A stretch of 64,000 nt of DNA from Owenia fusiformis (taxonomy: Eukaryota): positions 19,840,001 through 19,904,000 of the forward strand of contig CAIIXF020000001.1 in the NCBI GenBank assembly GCA_903813345.2, written 5' to 3'. Numbering within the stretch: the stretch's first letter is position 1; each line of letters starts with the position of its first letter. A model generated the notes under the pieces. It was given only the letters and a program-made list of their open reading frames with translations, made no database searches and was not told the DNA's origin. This document shows positions 13,120 to 26,600 of this stretch, piece after piece. A program made the position numbers and the translations under genes.

Positions 13120-16100
13120 TGGTGCGACTACTGTGAGAGCCGTGCTTGCTGCTCTGTGAGCTGTGTTTGCTACTGGGGTTGGGCGAAGGAGTGTTCTTCC
13201 TTTCCTGGCTACCATGCTGGGAAGTGGAGCTCCCAGTAACAGAAGGAGCCTCCTGTTTGACTCGTTTATGAGAAGGACTTGGTCCACTTGTTGAAGCAGA
13301 GTGAGACTGGGCCTGATTCTGAAATAGTTAAAAGTATGTTTTTGTTGAAACACAATCATAATGTACACATTCAATAGATATATTACTGAGTTTTGTTAAT
13401 TATGACAGTGGAGTTTTCAAATATTTCAAAGAAGTGTAATAACATGTATTCCGAGAAATTAACTTAAATTCTAGATGTCTGAAAATGTTGATCAATTTCA
13501 GACATATCTCAGTCTGAATGGATTAAACTAGAGTTTTGCAAAATAAGCAGAGAAAGACTGGAGAAAAAATGTGAATAATTTTTGGCAGTTTAATTAAGAG
13601 ACGTGACATATGACAAAACACAAGTACTGTACCTATACAAGGCAGACGTGATTTTGTAAACATACAATTATCTGGGCAAGGCATGATGACTTGGGTAAAG
13701 ATTGAGTCACTCTAGTCCCCTTCAAAAGGTGATATTATTGAATACATGAAAAATGTTTTTGTGATCATGCCTTACGTAAACATATTTATCGAACTATGAA
13801 CTAGTCTCGATATATGGCCAGACATAAACATGATCCCAAAATAAAAGTGCAATGATAAATCAGATAACGAAACAGAAGAACTCAGTAATGAAACAACTGT
13901 GTAACAATTTCAAAGGATAAGTCAGGAAATAAGCATTTTTTGTCCCTTTCTTAAATGTCAACATGTACGAAATACTGAAATATATAAAACTCCACTTACA
14001 CGATTTAAGTGTCAAAATAGAATGGTCATCAACTTAAGAGTGACTAATATCCCTTGATAACATCGGATAAACATCAATTCACTTATGAAGAAACACCATT
14101 CAATATTTATACAAAGAGAGTAAACTTTTTTCTGTGTTTTAACGCTTTGAATGAATTATTTCTGTGGTATATGCACTTCAATTTTTTTCAATTTTAGCTT
14201 ATTGACATGCATTGTCTAATGCCAATGCTCTCCATTAATTTCAGAAGGATATTAAAGTTTAATAATATATGTGATTGAGTTGGTTTTTCAGACAATTTTC
14301 AATATTTGATATTCTGACCCATTCCCTGACTTACCCTTTAAAGTTTAATTTACTCACATAAAAATGTCGGAAAATCTCGGAGGTAAATGCCTCGCGCATC
14401 TCATCCATGTGAACCTTAGTGGTAAATAAAAGTGCTAATATTTTTACCATTTAAGAGAACTGTGGACACTGGGCAATAATTGTGAAACTGAGGATTCAAA
14501 CATAGATAATTATTATTCAATTACCTTCCAGGTAAGAATTTTCTTTCGTAGCTTGCTGGGACATTTTTCTATTATGGCTAAAAACTCCTGGGTAAGCTCT
14601 GAAAGAGAGTTCAAAATCTAAATATAAAATGCTGCTTGTCAATGTCTATATTGTCAATATAATTACATTACATTGATAGAACAAGATCATCTAATTGACA
14701 GAACTATCGGATTATAACCTTTGGAAAATTGACTTAAATTATGAATAACCAACGATTTAACACAAATAATAATTTACATATATATAAATTCTAGGAAGTT
14801 TATATTTATCCAATTGACTTCACAGTGAAAAGCTTGAATCAAGAATAAGTAAAGAAAATGTTAATTGAACAAAAACTATAATTTACTAAACTCACCATCT
14901 AGTTTTTCAGTTGTCACTGTCTTGTCCACAAAGTGATACCATTCATTACCATCTGCTGATTTCCCAAGCTGGAAAGAAAAGAGAGAAACATTAACATTCT
15001 AAACAAGATTTACAGAATTGTCTCAATAATAGTGATATCCCCAACTTGTTCTTTGCATTTGGATAGGAAATATCAAACTAGAAGAGTCAATGACTTTTAC
15101 TAGAAAACCTGTGAATAAAATTCATTCAAGAATCTTAGAACATAGAACTGAAAACAAAAATACACAATTTTCCTGTACTGTATTTTCCAGGAGTGTGAAA
15201 TGACCACAAAAACTTCAGATTCAATCTGCTTGCATTATCTACTTGAGACAAATGCATGGTGATAGAATTGTTTCAACAGTATAGCTCATTTGGACAAATC
15301 CATGAAATTACAATGCCATTGGCAACTATATCCCTCATGCTTGATCTGGATTCATATAAAATAGTGGTAGTAAAGTATGTTGATAAATGAAACAAATAAA
15401 AATTGAATTGAGACAAGCTTACCTTCCAGTCAGACCAGGTACAAGCAAGGTGAATGCAGAGACAGGCCACAAGGGTGGGTGGATATTGTAGGCACATTGT
15501 GGTCAGATGTAAGCTATAACATGACATACACACACAATATAATCATATTCCTACATAATCAAATGTGGGGCAATGCTGAAATGGAAAGGCTGAAAGAAAC
15601 TGGGGCTCATATGATTAGCTCTGAATGCAACTTTGAAGACGCAAAACTGTGATATATTCTTTATGGAACCTCAGGAAATCATAAGATGGAATCAACAGTG
15701 GAAGTTGCATCTTCATAGTTCAAATAAAATATCAAATGAATAACTTTGGATTGATGTTTATGACTATTTCTTATTTACATTATAAAAGGATATATCTCTT
15801 CAAAGGCAAATATTTTAAATGCTGTACGTATCACAAGCTAAATACAAACAAGCATTATGAACATGAAAAATTTCACTATAGTCGGTGCTAAGATTACATC
15901 ATTAACTTCTCATGTTTAGACGTGTACACTGACGGGTCTGATGTCGAGACATACATGACCACATCCTGGTACAGATGGATGCCAGCTGTTTGCCCTATGG
16001 GAGGGTCTAGCCAGCAGTCCATCTTGTCTCCATACTATCTGATGATAGAAGGTAACAACCTGTTGGTTGCCAGGAAGTATGATGTCTGGGAGAGATCCTT

Positions 16101-19100
16101 GGAGGCTGTTGTGGTTGGTTGCCACGACGATCATGTCAATCAATTGTGTTGGTAGGCCAGGACAGCGACATAGAGAAAACAGAAACTAGAGGCATTAGTG
16201 CTGGGTAGCTGGATGGTGGGGATGTCACTTTAAACTTTTATGAACAATATGTAAACTTTGCATTTGCAATTGATATAATAAAAATAACATTGTACATTGT
16301 ACACAAAACACATGCTATGGTGAATTCCCCTGGTCTCCACTAATACAGAATGTAGACGAGACGAGACAACTTAAGACTCATGCTTCAACTTTTGACTTAC
16401 ATCACAAATCAAATGATAATTAATTAAGAACATGGTGACAGCGCACAGACGACAGTGTCATTAACCATAGCAAGTGCAAGTTCTCAACTTTATAATTTGG
16501 TCAGACTATACCTATAAATAATTGTACTTATTGACTTTAAATTAGTTCATAGATATGATAACTAAGATCGAGATGACATGACTTTTTAGTCAAACAGATA
16601 ATTTTTTCAGATTAATTAACAGTGACTACTTTACATTGATTAACTTTACATACAGGACATGCAGTCAATATTTGTTTGCAACAAAATCAGTTATTTGCTT
16701 TCATATACTAAGAATGTGAAGTAATTCTGATTTTGTGCTCTTCCACCTACCTTTGACCACATGGCATGTTTTCACAATGTAAGAATGGGGGTGTTCTACC
16801 ACAATGTTGAACCCTGGAAGAAAAATGAAAACAATTTCAAAACAAAATATCACATTTCAACAAAACAGTCCGGAGAATCACTCCTCAGTTTTTTATTTTA
16901 ACTGAATTTGCATTTGGCAAAGATTTGTTGAATCTTGAATATCGATCCCTATATACGAGGGGTGATCCAAAAGTCTTGGACGCCCCACTCTAACTTTGCT
17001 ATTTTCTAATATAATTGCTCGAAACTTTAAGATAATAAAGATCAACATCTTAACAACTTTGTGTATAAGTTTCAACAGAAAATAATAAATTTTAGCTTTT
17101 TGGTAAAGATTTTTTAACACTGGGTCCCTGCCACCCGGAACAGTATTTAAATATACCAAATCACGTCACAACTGTTATAATACGGCAAATACTTTAGGTG
17201 CGGGTGCGCAACCTAACACCAGTCATTATATGAGAGAATTTCCGATTTTCAATCTATGCGTCATCTGCCATCATCATCTTCACATATTAAGACATACTTT
17301 TCAACATATTTTCAATGAATTTGAACCCATCTTTCATACCGCTTTACCAATGAATGGAAGACACTTATGAAACCGCCATTCCTTATGTGAAACAAATGCT
17401 GCTGGAGTGCCACTCTAAACCTCATCCAATGAGTAAAAAACATTTTCTTTCAACCCTCCTTTCAACTTCGAGAAAAGGAAGAAAATCACACAGAGCCATA
17501 TCTAGACTGTATTGTGCATATGGTAGGTGCTAAAGGTCAATAATAGTGAAAATATCTTGTAGTATTCTTTGTTCCACTTTAAATCTTTCATGTTCTGCAT
17601 TTCAGCAGCCATTTTGGAGCAAAAAACGATACCAGAATGAGGGTTGCTTGTCTGATGTCATTTTCTTAGAATTTGACATATATGATCATTGTCACATGTG
17701 ACATTATAATTAAAACACAATTAACTGGTTGCCTAGTAAGAAAGGAAGTAAACTAACATGGTTTAACATTCACAATTCAAAGAAAGACAGTGGTCAAGAC
17801 TTGCGAAACAAGTCAAATGGCGGCAACATTTAAGGCTGAAAGTTGTCATGTGTGAATACTGTTCCGGGTGGCAAGGTCCCCATATTAAAAACTGTCTAGA
17901 AAACTACATAAAACATATCATTTCTCCATGAAATTAATACACAAAGTAGTTAGGTTGTTGGTCTTTATTATTGGAAAGTTTTAAGTAATTTTATCAAAAA
18001 CCAACAAAATTAGAGCAGGGCGTCCAAGACTTTTGGATCACCCCTCGTATCTATTGCTAAAATTCACTCAACTAGGAACTTAGAATGACTTTCTAAATTA
18101 TAACTTTTGGTGCCCTGGCTGGTCACTCACCTCAGTAAATATGTTACTAAGTAGAGCTTAGTACGTGCTCTTAAAATATCTAATCACATTTTTGTTATAT
18201 TACAAATAACAACCTTGAGCATAAATGATGATAAATTAAAATTATGTGCAGGACAAGATATCTCAAAACTAGGACTGAAGTATACAAAGACCAACCAACA
18301 TGTCTAAATAATATTAATTTATAAAATAAGAGATGTACACTGTATGTTAAAAACAAAAGATTCCAGAGAAGAATGGAAAAAAGCAACTTAAAAATGGCTG
18401 TCGGTGATTTAATTAGACATTTAATTAAGGTGTTTGACTGAGTGGTCAACAACTCGTACATAAGGCTGTGGTGTGTATTTGTATGACTATGTTTGAGTGC
18501 ACATAAAAGAACACAGGGCTCCTTCAAGGAGAAGTTCCTTGGTTTGCCTTCCATTATTGCATATGATAATTACAACCGTATTATATACAGGATATACCCA
18601 AGAGGTATTGCTCACTTTCATTGGTGGTAAACAAAATAAGATACAATACAATTAAACAGAATTCTTTTAGTATCTTATCCTTGACAAACCATGCCTTGGC
18701 CCAAGCAAATTGTTTAGCCTTTACTGACATTTTGACAAGTTCAAACTTCCCCAGCTGTTTTAAGAATTGTGGAATCCATTGTGAAATTCGCCAATTTTTT
18801 CCTAAATTGTAGGAAATAGTTTTAGTTCTAAAAACAAAACACTTATTGAAGTTCTGATTTTCCCTCGAATTATATGTACACTCCAGTGGTCTCCCCTGCA
18901 TTAAAGCAAGTGGACAAAGCACTCACCTGAGATTTTGAAAATAGGCTTGCACCCACTTGAAAATGAGAAAAATCATGAAAATTGGCATACTTTAGGCTAA
19001 CCAATTTTGGTCTGGGTGGTGAAAATGAGAATTTTGCACCAATCTGAGAAAATTACCTTGAGAGATCAATGCACTGCTCACATACGATTTGACATTGACA

Positions 19101-22100
19101 ATCTATAATGTCTACTGCATTTTATCAGACAGTGAAATACTTGAATGCTACCATCTATAAATCTATAGGCAAGAATATTCAAAAAACAAAAATGTGTCCA
19201 CCAGGCCAGGATAACAGATATCTTTTCTTTGATTAAAGAAATTCATTTTCAAAAAGACAAGGCTTTTTAATTTGCAAATTCATTCTTCCAATTAAACTGA
19301 TGAAAATGACAGTGGCAATGGCATTAGTAATAATATGGGCATTGTGGCAAATTTTCTCAAATCCTTGGACAGAAAAGGCATGTGGTGATCAAAGAGAGAG
19401 ATTAATATCTGCAAACTGCATTTATTAACTGTAAATTTATTGAGTGCTGCCATCTATCAATTTTGACTTGAATGCAAAGTAGTATTGACTCATTCCAAAA
19501 CGATCTAACCATTTTTATCAAATGGCAAAATACTGAGGTGCTACCATCTTTATTTAATCAGTCATTGATTTCAGAACATAAACACATGAATATAACTATA
19601 ACCAGATTCCAGGGCATATCAAATTTGAGCTTGGGAGACACAAAAGAATTTGCTCAGGTCAAATTTTTCAATTTATTTCATAACAAGATATAAAACACTC
19701 ACATATGTAGCTCAAGATTTAGCAACCAAAAACCTTTGCAAGAGTAACTGATTTTATCATGCATTCTTCGTATCAATAAACCTACTAACTTGCTAAGCAA
19801 TTTTGAATCTTGGCAGGAATAGACATGACAATAGACTAGATGTGAGTAGAAATAATCCTGATTTACGTCATTAAATATTCAAAATTCAGTCAAAGGGACA
19901 TCATGTTTGAAATTTACATGCAAAGTTACATCAAGAATACTTGTTTTAAAAAGTGTAAACTTTGAAAATGTGACATGTAGGTCGGGGAGATTCCCCATGT
20001 TAAAAAATCATAAAGAGTGAAATGTCTTTTCTTGTATTGGACAGATAATATTTTCTTTTACTGGACATATTTTAATGTGTATAAGTATCAGATACATAAG
20101 GAAAGGGTAATATGAAAATTGAACAACTAAAACTGATGAATATTTAAGTTTAAGGGAACTTTCTATACCTGCAATGTTATCTGACCCGAATTAGCCATCT
20201 GGTGGTGAAACTGTTAAAAACCAACCCACATCTGGCGTATTCTTATATTACTTGATTGAATGCCAATTTTTGTAAAAATGATCAATCCTAATCCAAGAGT
20301 GGTGCGCTAACTAGATGTGCCATGGTTACGAGAACTTGTTGCAATCAGAATGAATACTTACCCAATGTTTGAAGGAGAATGTTCTCATTGATGACAAGCT
20401 CCTGGGCCTGATCCAAATATGCCTAAACAGAAATGTAAACATATTCTAATATAAACCAGGGAAACCAATAATACATAACTAGGATAACTTTAATTTCAAT
20501 TATCTGCACATATTAAAGGTGTGTAAAAGCACAGGAGGCGGCTTGTATATTTTTTGGGGTATCCAAAACAATGATAAACCAAACATTATCCAATTGGTTT
20601 TAAAGGAAAAACTTTTAACTTGTATTCTCTCTTTATCAAAACCCATAGAACTCCTTTTTCTAGGATGTGTACCTTCCATAAAATTTGGTTTTATCTGAAG
20701 TGTAGCTATTGATTACAGTACACAACTTCATGTACTTTGATATCCCAGAATCTCTGAACGTACATGTATATTCAATGAGCCAATTTCTTGTATTGTAATA
20801 TCACTGGTGTATTATTAATACATAACAAAATCTGGGCTTCTCAGTTGGTGCAAATGTCTAAGAGATCATACCTCACTCTTTGTGTCCAGGGGTGGGCCTT
20901 CCCTGTGTAGGCATATATGGGCCACTCTGATAACATGCTCTAGCTTTCTAGGCTGTTCCTCTACTTTAGCACCCAGAAAAATAGCAGCAGTTGCAATTTG
21001 CTGAAATAAACAAAATCAATATGGGATGGAATATATTATCACTTGTACATATCTTAGAATAATATTATGTTAATCCAAGGTAGTGTAATTTGAATACCTA
21101 TTTTGTGAGTAGAATTGTATTCGAGCTAGATTTAGAATTTAGAATCAAAAGTAATACTTACATTTCGGTGAAATTTAGCGAAGGAATGGAACATATAAAA
21201 CCTGTGCATATACACAATTGATGTATTGATGACCAGTTGCTGTCTGAATAAGAAGTCAAGGAAAATGCCACATGAGTAAAACATCAATTTACATGTCAGA
21301 TAGTTTTTTCTAATTACAAGTCCAACAATACACAACTTATATTATCTTCCCAAAGGTAAAACCGTATGTGTCAGTGTATGTACAGCTTTACATGAAAAAT
21401 ATAATAAATCTTCTTCGGAATTTGTATGAAAAAAACAGAAACATAAAATCAATAAGTCGTACAATCCCACAAGTGATGTAAATTGCAGGTGAAAAGAAGC
21501 AAGAGTTCAATTTACAGCTACAGCTCAGAGAACAGCAATTGTTTCAGGCCAAATAGGTAAGAAGTCACCATGCCTTCTAAGACATAATCTAAGGTCATGG
21601 AGTACATTTATAAAGTCAGTTCATTAACAAATATCTCTTTTTGCTTATAAATGGAATATAGCAACCAATATTGGGGAGCAGACTTCAAACTGAATAAGAA
21701 TGTGATGTATTAAATGTTAATGTTCCTCAACAATTTGAAGAAAAAATACAATGTCCAATGGAAGATCATATGTATTTCAATTCATGGTATAATGTGAAAC
21801 TGAGTGGACGTGTTTTCAGCCGACTGCCTATTTCAGGGATATCTGGAAAAATACACACGCGAATCCGACGAAGGACATACCAAATGAATCTTGAAACATA
21901 GAGGATTATTAAAGTCTGTATTTGGAAGGCTTAACATACCGACAACACATAGAAATAGACGGTTATAAAAGGTAAGAACAAAGACGTAGAAAAATGGCGT
22001 CGAAAATGTTACCCAACTTTGAGATTAGATTTGTAAAAATAGGATACACTTGTAATCTCTGGCCCATATCCTGAATAAAGTTTGCTGCCTGTTGTCTATA

Positions 22101-22190
22101 TGACAACTCTTTGTCTGCGTCTATACCGGCTTTTCGGCTGGGGGTATTGATGAGTTGTTGCTTGGTGAAGATCCATCGTTCCCCCGCCAT
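13120..22190 (-). CDS. CCNT: Cyclin T (P-TEFb cyclin), first 10 coding exons; 3' end lies beyond the left window edge
   Basis: Exons 22190-22048, 21243-21162, 21000-20872, 20422-20362, 16813-16751, 16105-16060, 15513-15423, 14968-14896, 14598-14525 and 13318-13120 are all GT-AG with consistent phase. They splice to [63 protein letters not shown]...[14 protein letters not shown]...[21 protein letters not shown]..., matching the CCNT1/2 cyclin box. The last visible exon ends in a phase-1 GTGAGT donor with no stop codon. Confidence 0.96.
16956..18047 (-). mobile_element. Internally deleted mariner element in cyclin T intron 4
   Basis: TA-flanked TIRs CGAGGGGTGATCCAAAAGTCTTGGACGCCC. A minus-strand remnant at ~17320-17530 reads [15 protein letters not shown]...[16 protein letters not shown], resembling the mariner YSPDLAPxD motif and C-terminus. 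Confidence 0.9.
21244..22047 (-). other. U12-type (minor) GT-AG intron 1 of cyclin T
   Basis: 5' end is GTATCCTA; branch site TTCCTTGAC lies 11 nt before the end of the intron (TTCTTATTCAG). Confidence 0.8.
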
Positions 22191-22513
22191 TCGCAGTACG
22201 TAGACGAACAGACTATGAGTCACGTTTGACCTACTTAATACCGCTTTGTAATTTGATTGGTTTATGATCAATTTATATAATTATAATTTACTTATTTAGA
22301 CATTATATTTGTATTTTTGATAATAATTATTGCATAAGAGCATTTAAGAAGGCATTTAAATTGTATTTTGTAATTTATTCTCTTCTTTCTAATAAAACGA
22401 AAGTGAATTTCCTTCAGTCACTTCCTCAAAGTAGGTCAATAACGACGTTATTATTGCAGGCACTTGTTCCAGAGGACCGGCTCCCAAAACACCACGTTTC
22501 TCTTTATATCTGG
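22191..22513. promoter_or_regulatory. Probable bidirectional promoter for cyclin T and KANSL2, including a putative non-coding first exon of KANSL2 ending at 22513
   Basis: The cyclin T ATG is at 22190 (-) and a plus-strand G|GTAAGT donor is at 22514. Inr/ETS-like tcagtcacttcc at ~22415. The KANSL2 ATG exon starts at an acceptor (23612), so an upstream exon is required. Confidence 0.55.
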
Positions 22514-22710
22514 GTAAGTTAGCATAGATTTATATCAAAGTATATAGAATAGAACACTCTCATTCGTACTGTATGATATATAAATGCAATTAAACTACAT
22601 AAAGTGTAGAAGAAGCGGTGCAAAAAACTGTCAACAAGTCAAGTTTTGAGAACAAGTGGCGCTATCTAGCCAAAAATCACTGAACTGTACTTTCAATTTA
22701 GATATTTTGC

Positions 22711-23074
22711 TACCCTTTGCATTCGTTTGACTTCACTTCTTAAAAGAGAGCTCCGTCTTCACTCTTTCAAACTAAAATAAACCTGTGAACTCACCGCGCC
22801 AATCAGTGTTCGTCGGCCAAATTTGACCGACGTTCTATATATGGTCATTCCTTCTGACGTCATCGTCGAGCCCAGAATTGACCAATGACATGCGCATATT
22901 TAATTAGAACGCATTTGGCGTATGTTTCTTTGAGCTCGCTGATTGGTGGTCAGCGCGTAGGTCAAAATTGATTTATTACCCAAACTGTCACCGCGTCGTG
23001 GGGCGGGGCTACTAAACTGTAATATGGTCTCTACTAGGCAGAGTGTAGTTTAACTAGACTCTGCACGCAGGGTA
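22711..23074. mobile_element. Non-autonomous DNA element with TACCCT...AGGGTA ends and 9-bp TSD (long copy)
   Basis: TSD atattttgc at 22702-22710 and 23075-23083; ends are shared with the copies at 34518 and 35374. Confidence 0.85.
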
Positions 23075-23630
23075 ATATTTTGCTAGATTGAATTCCAAAT
23101 ATCGCACATGGTTGCACAGAAATATCATTATCTGTAGAACTGCAGGAAGAAAGACTGTTGAATAAATTTTCACATTGTCATGTGTTAGCATGACGTTTGT
23201 TTACAGTTTGAAACATTTGTGTACATAAGAGGAGGGAAAGCCCCAGAGTTTAAAGATGACAGACATAATTACGTCTCTGGCTTACCACCTTCGTTCATTC
23301 GAATTTTCGTCGGCTAGTTATCAAATACTACACTTGGATGGGATGTTTTAATTGATATAGGCATATTCCGTACAAGTTTCTTTATCTTGATGTGAATTGA
23401 GAAGCTATGATATTGGTTAACACGCCAGAAATGAAAGCGTATTTTGAAACCGCCATTGATGACATCATTTGTTTGTCAACTTTTGACCAATCAGAGAAGT
23501 ATGTCATCTCAATACAAGTTTACAAATATCATCTTTGAACTCTGGTGTTATTCCCCCTCTGAGGCTACACCATGCCTTGTTTTATCTATAGTTGTGATGC
23601 AATATTTTCAGGTGATCAATCAGCTTCAGG

Positions 23631-26600
23631 ATGTACAAGAGCAAACAGCAGATAATAAGGCGACCAAAGGCACCAATTGAAGGCCTATTCTGCAACTACT
23701 CCCACAGAATATGTATGCAGAACAGAATTGATGGATTTGATTATTGTATCAAGCATATTCTCGAAGATAAAGATGCTCCCTACAAACAATGCAGTTACAT
23801 GTCTAATAAGAATGGAAAAAGGTGCCACAATGCTGCACCTAAATCAGATAGAAAAGATGGGTATGTTATTGTTAAGCTTCTTAAGGTCTCATGGAAGTTA
23901 ACAGGAAATGACAAAACAGGAAGTGACAATTTTTTGGGCATTTTTAGACATTTTTTGAACAAAGATAACAGAGTTCTGGTTTGACCTCCAGTCAATTTAA
24001 CTGTTTCCACATATCATCTACATGACCAGGATCACAATGTGCATGGTCAGAATGACCCTAAACATGATGAAATAACCTTTTTAGTCCCTTGAAAGTGTGA
24101 CTGAAAAAAAGCTAAAAGTATGAGCTAGGGAAGGTCACTGAACAGAATCTTTTGAATTTTTCAGAAAATGTGCCCAATATAATGCTCTAACTGATACAAT
24201 CTTTGAAGTTTTAGAAAATTGTCGTAAACAAAAATGGTGGTCATAAAAAGGAAAATAGATCGCTTTTCAAATCAGTTTTTTCATTTTTTTTCTCTTTCTA
24301 TGAATGATATCAAATTTTCAAAGATTGTACCATTTAGAGCAATATATTGGGCACATTTTCTGAAAAATTCAAAAGATTCTGTTCAGTGACCTTTCCTACC
24401 TCCTTCTTTTAGCTATTTTTCAGTCACATTTTCATAGGGCTGAAAAGGTTATTTCATGATATTTAGGGTCATTCTGACCATAAACATTGTGATCCTGGAC
24501 CTGTAAATGGTATCTGGAACTAGTTGAATTGACTGGAGGTCAAAAGTGAACTCCGTTATCTTTGTTCAAAAAATGTCTAAAAATGCCAAAAAAATTGTCA
24601 CTTCCTGTTTTGTCATTTCCTGTTAACTTCCATGAGACCTTAAACATACCTGGGATTAACATACAAAGGCTCTGAAGGCAACTGAAGTACTGGCATTCTG
24701 AGTATCTTGTATGACTGCTATATAGCAATCACCCAATGGATGGACTAACTTAATATAAAGTATGAAGTACTAGGAAAACGAGACCATGGTGCATAACAGA
24801 ATCTAATGATAGAACACTAGGGATACCACAAAATAAGTGTTTCAGTGGACCCTTTGATGAGTTGCTATCCTTTCAGTCAGAGACGTATGTGTCTCTGTTT
24901 CAGTATATTCATCCAAGTACTTATCTAATGCCATTTCGCATGATATGATAGCAATCAGTCCACATCTTTAATAACCAAATATTGAGAAATAAAACCAACA
25001 GGTCTAATGGTTTCTATTTGTTTGCAGCTTGCACTTAAAAAGTTCCATACACATGATACACAAACAACCTGCATTGTTTCCTGTTTTTCAAGCTACATGT
25101 AATATTAACGTGACTTTTATGATACTGATTTCCAGGTATTGTATAGAACACGCCAAGAAAACTGCGATATTACGACAGCAAGCTGCTAGAAAGCATAAAC
25201 CTAGAGAAACTCCCGAGAGCTTATTGGAAGAGCTAGAACATCATAATGGATCTAACCCTAGCAGTAATCCAGAGTTACGGAGACCTCGTTCAGTTGATAC
25301 AATGGCCAGTCGCATTCTAGGTATCTTAAGGGGTAATCTTCTACTTTGGTTTTTCTTTGCTTATGAACTGCTAGACTTAGATGTCACATGTCTTAGATGT
25401 CACGTGTCATGTCTGTGGTCTTCTATCTGTCATGTTTTGCCTTAAAAGAAGCAGACGGTTAGAAGAGTAAAATATTGGAAGCAAAAGATGTCTCCTACTG
25501 TACTTCTAATTAATTTTGCACCTTTAATTTGGCAAAAGACCCCAATTTCACCAGTTCAATTGGAATTGTCGGTTTTTTCGTTCAGTGTATATCCAATCCA
25601 GTTTTGAAGACATTCAAAAATGTCAGTCTCCACCAGTAAATTATATCACAAAATTTTAAAATGTTTATTTGTTTTGTACTTGAATATTCAAAAATCGACA
25701 CTCTGCTCATGAAATCATTTCAGTTAGCGGTATTACCAATTTTGAAAATTAAAAAAAAATTCTTGTAATCAAAATTATCTTGCTGATATAATTTATTAGA
25801 AAATCTAAATTTATTTTACAGACTATGCAAGCTCTGGAGAATCAGATACAGAGACGTGTTTGGTTGACCAGGCATGGAGAGGTGATGGAGACAGTGATGC
25901 TGAGAGTATAGACAGTGAACAAGAAGATATTCTAAAGTGAGTACCTCAGGGTTATTTTTTAAAAAGGTTTCAGAACAGTATATAGTAGGCCACATATACT
26001 TTCATTTTAGATTTCATTTCCCAAAATTGGTGCAAAGTTTTAATCAAACTCATTGTAAATGATTAACATCATAAATTATCATTTCAATATTTCATCAAAA
26101 TATTTTGATAAAAAAAATGTTCAAATAATTTTTGGATGTATTTTTACCTTCTTAGTATTCTACCAGGGCAAGTAAATATCCACTAAACTGAGAAAAATAT
26201 TACCTACAGGTATATCATGAAAATTGCTTCACATTTTCAATATGCTGAACTACCTCAGTTAAACAATCTGGCCCGTTTCCAGTGTTTGCCAAGGTGGGGT
26301 TCACTAATCACTTTTCAGAAAAATATATTTTTTACTTACTTATACCAAATACCTCACAAATTTATTTCTTCTGTTTCAGGCATGCTGGTATTTATACTGC
26401 AGAGGAGGTTGCATTGATTACAAGAGACAAACTGATTCGTTTACAGTCCCTCTATATTGACCAGTTCAAACGTCTTCAGCATGTCATGAGAGAAAAAAGG
26501 AGAAAATGTTTACGGGGAATGCGAATAGAAAGAGATCGTATTAGTAAGTTAAGTTGATCATGTTTGTGGACAATAATTAGGGGAAAATTGATTTTATGTG

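Noticed and set aside
18129-18182. Strong minus-strand GAG|GTGAGT donor in cyclin T intron 4 (possible poison exon)
   Set aside because: No convincing acceptor or pyrimidine tract and no other support from sequence alone.
25534-25615. Possible H/ACA snoRNA 3' hairpin (ANANNA...ACA) in a KANSL2 intron, considered because vertebrate KANSL2 hosts SNORA2-family RNAs
   Set aside because: The stems are short, there is no good 5' hairpin, and the region overlaps a probable decayed MITE. An Infernal/Rfam search would be needed to revive it.
25321-25821. KANSL2 intron starting GTATCTT as a second U12 intron
   Set aside because: The donor deviates from GTATCCT and there is no TCCTTRAC branch site; the acceptor is a normal U2 type.
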